Source: Octopus vulgaris
Taxonomy: Eukaryota
Assembly (NCBI GenBank): GCA_951406725.2
Contig: OX597821.1
Coordinates: 64,666,001-64,730,000 of the forward strand
Reading direction: 5' to 3'
DNA: 64,000 bases
Part shown: piece by piece, positions 55,105-64,000 of the stretch
How the letters are laid out: the number at the start of each line of letters is the position of its first letter
How positions within the stretch are numbered: the stretch's first letter is position 1
Position numbers and translations under genes: made by a program
Notes under the pieces: generated by a model
Database searches by the model: none
What the model saw: only the letters and a program-made list of their open reading frames with translations
Told to the model about the DNA's origin: nothing

Positions 55105-55771
55105 TGTGTGTGTTTATGTGTGTGTGTGTGTGTATGTAAGTGTGTGTGCGTGCGTCCTGGGCATGACTTTAAACGCTTCGCGTAATAGGGCTCTGGTTTT
55201 TAACTTCCAAGGTTCTGACGATTGTGAAACCACATTTTAGCCACTATTGTTCCTAGGTCAACTCTGCCTCTAATTAGTAGAACCTGTCAGAATCCCAGCT
55301 ATGCATAATGTAGCATAAAATGATAACACTCTGACCGAACAAGGAGATGAAGAAATTCCACAGAGAGTGAAGGAATCATAACAGTTTTCATAGCGACCTT
55401 CAAAGAGAGCGGTGCTCTGATGTAAAACCTGCATTTCCTCGAGATTATTGGTGATCTCGCTTCGGCCTGCTACAGAATACTAATCACGTCAACTCAGAGT
55501 CGTATTCGTGTTGTAAAAGTGTTCATCACTATAATACACTGACATACAAACGTCTTTTTATGCTGACCTCATGTGTCATTCGATTTCTTGAAGCTCCTAT
55601 GACAATGAAACAGTGGTGGCATGTGTTGACACATCAGTTGGAAGTGAACAGTATGTTACAACTTCTGTCTGTCACCTGTGCCTCAGACATGCAGATACCT
55701 GCAATCCAAAATAAGCTATTGACACGTGTTCAGCATGGCAGAAAACTTTCATTGACATACATGTCTGTCTG

Positions 55772-55898
<127 letters not shown>

Positions 55899-56239
55899 GC
55901 GCCTATATATATATGTATATATATATGACACTTGTGTGTCTTTTAAACTCTCGAGGTATATTCACGACATCCTTTTGAAGGATAATAATGTCACTGGGAG
56001 CGCATGTGTGTGTGTGTGTGCTTGTGTGTGTGTGTGTGTGCATGTATGGATGCATATACGAGCGTGTTCCTAAGATGCACACACAAATGGTCACACACTC
56101 ATAGAGAAAATACTCTGCTCCCTAGGGGACGAGGTCCTTTTATATGGACTGGATTAAGTTCGTTACCAAGGGAACAGGGGTCATTAATCTGACAGTCCAT
56201 AAAGTAGCTGTTTCCTGGTTATATCTGTGTATATATATG

Positions 56240-56298
<59 letters not shown>

Positions 56299-56340
56299 AT
56301 ATATACATACATACATATATGCGTGTATATGTATAGGTAT

Positions 56341-56400
<60 letters not shown>

Positions 56401-56411
56401 ATATATATATA

Positions 56412-57414
56412 TGGGGTTTAGTGGAGGGGAGGTACGACGACGAGCTCGGGGCGAACCTGGACGTCGACGAGGAGTACCTGACCCGCCTGTTCAGGACGAC
56501 TTTCGGGCCAGGGCCCATGGACAACTTCCAGAGATCCCTGGCCTGGCAGTGCTACCGAGAAGCGCTACCCGTTCGGGATAAGCTCTACAGACACGGCTCG
56601 AGAAACACGGGGCCGACCTGCCCGAGATGCGGTCAGAGCGACGAAACCGTTCTGCACGCACTCGTTCAGTGTCCAACAATTTCCGACCTGTGGGCTTATG
56701 TCGAACAACTGCTGTCACGTGTGGGACGAGTCGGTTTATCAGCTGAGTCTATCGTCAATATTGTCACGCCTCCTTCCTTCAAACGGGAAGGAAGAGCTAT
56801 TTTCATCATCCTTGTGGCTATGGCGAAAGAATGTATCTGGTGGACGCGTCTGAAAGGATTGGAGACAAACACTTTCCTCTCTGGTCAATCTCTCATCAAC
56901 TTCTTCAAGTACCACTTGAAAAGGAAAGTGAGAGTAGAGAGGCAAGTTTTGTCTAGCGAATGTTTTAAAAAAGATGGGTGAATGTAGCAAGAATGGCACG
57001 TATGAATGACGAAGCCACCTTGAGCATAGTCCTATGAACCCAGAAATCGAAAACAGAGAGTTGCTTATTTGCAAAAAAAAAAAAAAAAAAAAAGAAATAT
57101 AAAATGAGGACTTCATTGACCGAGGTTACCGTGGTCTTTTCCGTAGCTTTTCTTTCCACGGGTAAACCTCACCTGTCCTGCCCTTTACACTTCATATTGA
57201 CATTTCTGTGATAACGATCCCTATTGATCAATTTTTTTTTCCTCTCCCCCTTTTTTTTTAACCCCCCTTTTTTTTGTCCTCTTTCTCTCCTTTTACGATC
57301 CCTTTTGATCGAAACTCCCCCTTCCTTTTTTTTTTTTTTTAAACCTTCAAAAGAAAAGCTCTACCTTGTAATTTGTTCTATCTGTGTGCAGCCCTGTGTG
57401 GCTAATAAAGAAAC
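56412..57414 (+). mobile_element. 5'-truncated Tx1/L1-clade LINE (ORF2 C-terminus with CCHC finger plus 3' UTR), frameshifted copy
   Basis: [12 protein letters not shown]...CPRCGQSDETVLHALVQC; near-identical to 58571-59574. Confidence 0.88.
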
Positions 57415-57435
57415 ATATATATATCTATCCATCTA

Positions 57436-57508
<73 letters not shown>

Positions 57509-57525
57509 ATCTATCTATCTATCTA

Positions 57526-57594
<69 letters not shown>

Positions 57595-57827
57595 ATCTTT
57601 TCTTTTTTTTCTTCTTTTTCTTCTTTTTATTTTATTCAATTTTTTTTTTGTTTTTGTTCTTTTCTTCCCTTTTACGATCCCTCTTGATCGAAAACCTACG
57701 CCACCCCCTTTTTTTCTTTTGTTTTTTGTTCTCTTCATCCCCCAAAAGAAAAGCTCTACCTTGTAACTTGTCCCATCTGTGTGCAGCCCTGTGTGGCCAA
57801 TAAAGAAACTTATCTATCCATCTATCC

Positions 57828-57861
<34 letters not shown>

Positions 57862-57862
57862 A

Positions 57863-57900
<38 letters not shown>

Positions 57901-58398
57901 CCTATCTATCTACCTATCTATCTATCTAAACCTTCAACAGAAAAGCTCTACCTTGTAATTTGTTCTATCTGTGTGCAGCCCTGTGTGGCTAATAAAGAAA
58001 CATATCTATTTATCTATCTCTCTATCTCTCTATCTACCTATCTATCTCGCCTTTTTCCCCCTTTTTTCTTCTTTTTCCATTTCTCTTTTCTTTTGTTCCT
58101 TTTCCTTTTCTTTTTTTTTCTTTTTATTCTTTTTATTTGTTATTTTATTTATTTATTTTATTTTATTTTTTATTTTTTATTTTTTGTCCTTTTCTTCCCA
58201 CTTACGATCCCTCTTGATCGCAAACCTACGCCACCCCCTTTTCTTTTCTTTTGTTTTTTGTTTTTTTTCATCCCCCAAAAGAAAAGCTCTACCTTGTAAC
58301 TTGTCCCATCTGTGTGCAGCCCTGTGTGGCCAATAAAGAAACTTATCCATCTATCTCTCTATCTATCTATCCATCTATCAATCTATCTACCTATCTAC

Positions 58399-58475
<77 letters not shown>

Positions 58476-58508
58476 GATCTATTTATCTATCTATCTATCT
58501 ATCTATTT

Positions 58509-59574
58509 ATAAGCAACTCTGCCGTCCTGGGTCGACCTTAAGTGACTTCAACACAACCAAAGCATTCTATAGGGGTTTAGTGGAGGGGAGGTACGACGAC
58601 GAGCTCGGGGCGAACCTGGACGTCGACGAGGAGTACCTGACCCGCCTGTTCAGGACGACTTTCGGGCCAGGGCCCATGGACAACTTCCAGAGATCCCTGG
58701 CCTGGCAGTGCTACCGAGAAGCGCTACCCGTTCGGGATAAGCTCTACAGACACGGCTCGAGAAACACGGGGCCGACCTGCCCGAGATGCGGTCAGAGTGA
58801 CGAAACCGTTCTGCACGCACTCGTTCAGTGTCCAACAATTTCCGACCTGTGGGCTTATGTCGAACAACTGCTGTCACGTGTGGGACGAGTTGGTTTATCA
58901 GCTGAGTCTATCGTCAATATTGTCACGCCTCCTTCCTTCAAACGGGAAGGAAGAGCTATTTTCATCATCCTTGTGGCTATGGCGAAAGAATGTATCTGGT
59001 GGACGCGTCTGAAAGGATTGGAGACAAACACTTTCCTCTCTGGTCAATCTCTCATCAACTTCTTCAAGTACCACTTGAAAAGGAAAGTGAGAGTAGAGAG
59101 GCAAGTTTTGTCTAGCGAATGTTTTAAAAAAAGATGGGTGAATGTAGCAAGAATGGCACGTATGAATGACGAAGCCACCTTGAGCATAGTCCTATGAACC
59201 CAGAAATCGAAAACAGAGAGTTGCTTATTTAAAAAAAAAAAAAAAAAGAAATATAAAATGTGACATCATTGACCGAGGTTACCGTGGTCTTTTCCGTAGG
59301 CTTTTCTTTGCACGGGTAAACCTCACCTGTCCTCCCCTTTACACTTCATATTGACATTTCTGTGATAACGATCCCTATTGATCAATTTTTTTTCCTCCCC
59401 CCTTTTTTTAAACCCCCTTTTTTTGTCCTCTTTCTCTCCTTTTACGATCCCTTTTGATCGAAACTCCCCCTTCCTTTTTTTTTTCTTTTTTTTTCTTTCT
59501 TAAACCTTCAAAAGAAAAGCTCTACCTTGTAATTTGTTCTATCTGTGTGCAGCCCTGTGTGGCTAATAAAGAAA
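58509..59574 (+). mobile_element. 5'-truncated Tx1/L1-clade LINE (ORF2 C-terminus, zf-RVT-like, plus 3' UTR)
   Basis: Open frame to stop at 59197: [14 protein letters not shown]...CPRC....ET..HAL..C...AKECIW...FKKRW. 3' end GTGGCTAATAAAGAAA joins (CTAT)n. Confidence 0.9.
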
Positions 59575-60051
59575 CATATCTATCTATCTCTCTATCTACC
59601 TATCTACCTATCTATCTATCTACCTAACAGTCTGTCTGTTTGTCTGTCTGCTTGCCTGCCTCCTTGTTTATCTGTCTGCTTGCCTATCTATCTATCTGAC
59701 TTTATCTTTATCTATCTTTATCTATCTTTATACCCGCATACATATGTATGTATGTATTTCTGCTTGTATGTATACATGTATGTATGTACGTTTGTATATA
59801 TTGCTGTGTGCCTATGTATATGTGTATGCATGCGCTCATATGTATATGTCTATGTGTGTATATGTATCGCCTCGTGACGTAAATATCTAAACAGCGATGA
59901 AGCTATTTTTGTCTCTGCCTATGTGTATTTCTACGTATATACACAGAAATATACACAAACATACATACAAACATACACACCTACACACATGTATATATTT
60001 ATGCATTATTCTCACACATAAACATGTGTGCTGGCTCGTGCATGCATACAA

Positions 60052-60083
<32 letters not shown>

Positions 60084-60571
60084 GCGTGCATATCTCTCTA
60101 TGCATATATATGTATGTATGTATGTATAAATATATGTATGGATTCAATGCTTTAATCTATTTAGCACATTAAAATGCAACCTTAGTTAACTGAATCAAAA
60201 TGCTTATAGCTATACTTCTAATGCCTAACTATATTAAATATATAGAAAATGATCGTGATAATATTTTTCATTTTTTTCCTTCTTTCTTAGTTCTTATAAT
60301 TCCTTTACATCAGAAATATTCCTGTTGCCCTAAGAAATAATTTTTTTTTCCTGTTCAAAGTTTGCTTTATCGTACTCAACATGTAAATTGAATGTAAATC
60401 GTTTTACAGTCAAATTATATGATTTGAATTCTTTATGTAAAAGTATTTATGTCGTACATGGCTTGCGACTAAATTAGAAACTTACAGATATCCTCATAAT
60501 TTCACTGCTCTATTTCGATATATATATATGTATATATATATATATACACATATATATATTTATATATACAC

Positions 60572-60644
<73 letters not shown>

Positions 60645-60723
60645 ATCTATTTTCATTCCTCCACTTCACTCTCTATTTCGCATCTTATCTAATTTAACTA
60701 TTGCTTAACCATTTTCTCACACC

Positions 60724-60771
60724 GTATCCGAAGAAGTGATATAATAAATATCCTGGAAACAGCTGTAAGAC
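60724..60771 (+). ncRNA. Degenerate type I hammerhead-like motif in a ~330-bp island between (TA)n tracts
   Basis: GUAU-CCGAAGA-AGuGAUAUaauaaAUAUCCU-g-GAAA-CAGCUG-UA-AGAC: U4 changed to C, stem I mismatch, palindromic stem III. Confidence 0.5.
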
Positions 60772-61007
60772 CTATTTATAACTGTTCGAAAATCTTCACA
60801 ACCTTAGGTTTTTTGTTATCTCATTCTGAGAAAAAACAAATTATATATTCACATGTCCTTCGTTGAACTCATTCGTATGATCACTGAGCTTAAGTAAGGT
60901 CTATCCATAAAACTTACTCAGCACTACCTGACACTTTTGGCTTTTAATGACACCATTACCTGTCATAACCTATATATATATATATATATTTAAACTATAT
61001 ATAAGTG

Positions 61008-61665
61008 TACGAGGTGAAATTGAACAGTTCTCAAATAAAACAGCGCGCCAACAAATGGCAGCAAACAGTTGCGTGCGGTGTGAGAGCTAGCAGTGACCTT
61101 CATGAAGCAGTCGCCAAGAGACATCGCTGTGTTTACTTAGCAAGATGTGAAATTTGTGTTTTCGTGATCACGTGTACGTTGTAGTCTGCGATTTTGTCAT
61201 GGACAAGAACAAAGAACCAACGTGAAATTCTGCATTAATTTTAGGAAGTCTACTACAGGGACATTAAGCATGGGTTGTAGGCGATGTTTTGAGTGGGACG
61301 GACTTCTCGACGTCACGACTTCAATGCTCCCTGCCAACGAGCTCTCTTCCCTTGTGGGTCTTCTCGCCAAAAGCAACATGGATTCGCATCTACACACACC
61401 CTATTCGCCAGATTAAGCACCTGCGGTCTTCCATCTCTTCCCCAAATTGGAAAGGAAGATCAAAGGTGGCCTTTTAACGCCGTTGTCTAGATGTAGAACG
61501 AATCGTGTAATGTCCCCGAATCGCTGACGGACAACGACTTACAAGATGGATTATAGATCTCACATGAATGCTGGGATCTGGGTACTGCTGTGCAAGGTGA
61601 CTATTTCAAAGTGAGATGATGTTAGAACTTAGGTATAAGAATTTGCTACACAGAAACTGCGGAAG
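61008..61665 (+). mobile_element. Internally deleted mariner element
   Basis: TACGAGG terminus; KFCINFRKSTT; HTPYSPD*APAVFHLFPKL. Confidence 0.75.
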
Positions 61666-61710
61666 ACCGATCTATCTATCTATCTATCTATCCATCTATC
61701 TATCTATCTG

Positions 61711-61783
<73 letters not shown>

Positions 61784-61998
61784 ATATCTATCTATCTATC
61801 TACACATGTGTTTGTGTGTGTATATCTGTATATTTATCCTTCTGTCTGCCTGTCTGACTATCTGTCTATCTATTTATCTATCTATCTAACTCTCTGTCTA
61901 TCGGTCTGTGAGTTTATCTATCTATCTGTCTATCCATCTATCTACCTATGTATGTATGTATGTACGTATGTATGTATGTATGTATGTATGTATGTATG

Positions 61999-62042
<44 letters not shown>

Positions 62043-62673
62043 CATCGATGTGTGTGTGTGTATATATCTGTCTTTTTGTAATGCGTCCCTCACTAACGCT
62101 TGGCACCTAATGCCGATTTGTTTACGTCTCAATAACTTAGTGGTTTGTCAAAAAGGACAGACACAGTATGTACCAGTCCCAGAAATACGTTTCGGCCTCT
62201 ATTTCCTCGACTTACGATACAATGTGGTGTCAAAGCAAAGCTGCAACAGACCAATCACTGGTACGAGAGTCACAGATGATGGAAAGAGAAGTTTTAGACA
62301 GTAACAAAATAAATGCTAAATCTCTTATAAAGTTAATATTCGAAATGTGTAAATTAAATTCCCGAAAGAAGGAGAAGTTTACTTTAATTATCACATTATA
62401 TGTGTATATTATGAGTAACAAAACTTCCTTCGTTGTTACGTTAAATGATGGCTACTTCTTCACCTTAAAAGTTTGAATGAGTGGAACAATGGTCAAATAT
62501 AACCGCAATCAACATAGGTTTAGTTCTTTGTTTACTTTATTGAGTATTCTGAATTTTGATTCTACTTGAGAACATAATGACAAATTATACACACACAGAC
62601 ACACGTACACGCATCTGCACATTCGCTTACACACACAAGCACATATACACATACACCAACACATACATAGACA

Positions 62674-62726
<53 letters not shown>

Positions 62727-62781
62727 AAATGTATATATCTATATACCTATGTATATATATATAAAGAGTAAAGAGTAAAGA

Positions 62782-62905
<124 letters not shown>

Positions 62906-62981
62906 GAATATATACATTTCTATATGTATATATATATTTGCAAGTTTATGTGTCTTGACAAGCACACACATACACAAGTAC

Positions 62982-63031
<50 letters not shown>

Positions 63032-63919
63032 GTATGTATACATATATATACATATATGTTTGTATGTGTGTGCATATACACGCGTACAAACACACACTTG
63101 CATATATATATATATATATAATATATATATACGTATATATTTAGTTATATATATATATGTATATATGTATATATATGTACGTATATGTATATATATATAT
63201 ATATTTATGTATATATATATATATGTGTGTGTGTGTGTATTTATGTATGTATGTATGTGTGTATGTATGTATCCCTATACATTTAAGTAACTTCTTACTC
63301 ACAAACAAATATATAACTATTCAACTATTCAACTATTCGATGGATAAATTTCTATTTTCATTAGTAATTCAAGTCATTTAAGCAGAAGCTATCTCGCTGA
63401 TTATTCAACCGCGAAATCTATAATGCTGATGTAAACCATGGCAGGGTTTAGAATTTTTTTTTTGTTAAATTCTAAACTATCGGTCGTAAAAGTTAGAACG
63501 AACACAATGGTATGACTATCAACATTAAATGTGATCTTCAATAACATTTTAAGTATCCCGTGTGCATCAACGTTTAAGAGAGAATAAAATCAATGATTTT
63601 AAATCAATAATAATAGAAACACTTCAGTATCTTAACAAATAAACGCTCAAACTGGTTATACACTGATATGTATGCATTTATGTATGTATGTACGTGTTTT
63701 CATGTATGTATGTACGCATGTATGTATGTATGTTTTAAGTATGTGCGCACGTATGTAATTTCAGAAGCACACGTACGTACAATCGAATATATACATACAC
63801 ATAAGCAATACAAATGTCCACTTATCTATCTGTATATGTCCTCTCTCTCTTTCCCTTTCTCTATTTCTCTCCCTCCCCCTCTCTCTCTCGGTCTCTCTCT
63901 CACTCTCTCTTTCTGTCCC

Positions 63920-63986
<67 letters not shown>

Positions 63987-64000
63987 GGCCCAGTGGTTAG

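Overview
AT-rich, microsatellite-dense eukaryotic DNA. The tRNA-derived SINEs resemble the octopus OK and OR families, so a cephalopod (Octopus) source is inferred. No intact host gene is visible; there are only a few candidate small exons, and nearly all listed ORFs are microsatellite artefacts. The window is dominated by mobile elements. (1) A ~9.2 kb Penelope-like element (Naiad-type GIY-YIG, RT core deleted) has direct and inverted pseudo-LTRs carrying type I hammerhead ribozymes (HHRs) and a ~5.5 kb repetitive, structured 3' region. (2) Three further unrelated HHR-bearing non-coding elements are present; one is a 357-bp tandem retrozyme-like unit with a Penelope-style terminal inversion. 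(3) Two ~1.8 kb ORF1-only (HAL1-like) L1/Tx1-type elements both begin at the same nucleotide of an OR-type SINE head, which suggests SINE-specific targeting. (4) Five 3' ends of a Tx1-like LINE are stacked in one (CTAT)n array, and their terminal ~40 nt is shared with an OK-type SINE subfamily that forms 184-bp concatemers. (5) Decayed CR1-like, Dong/R4-like, mariner/Tc1 and MITE remnants fill the rest. All alignments and folds were done by eye.
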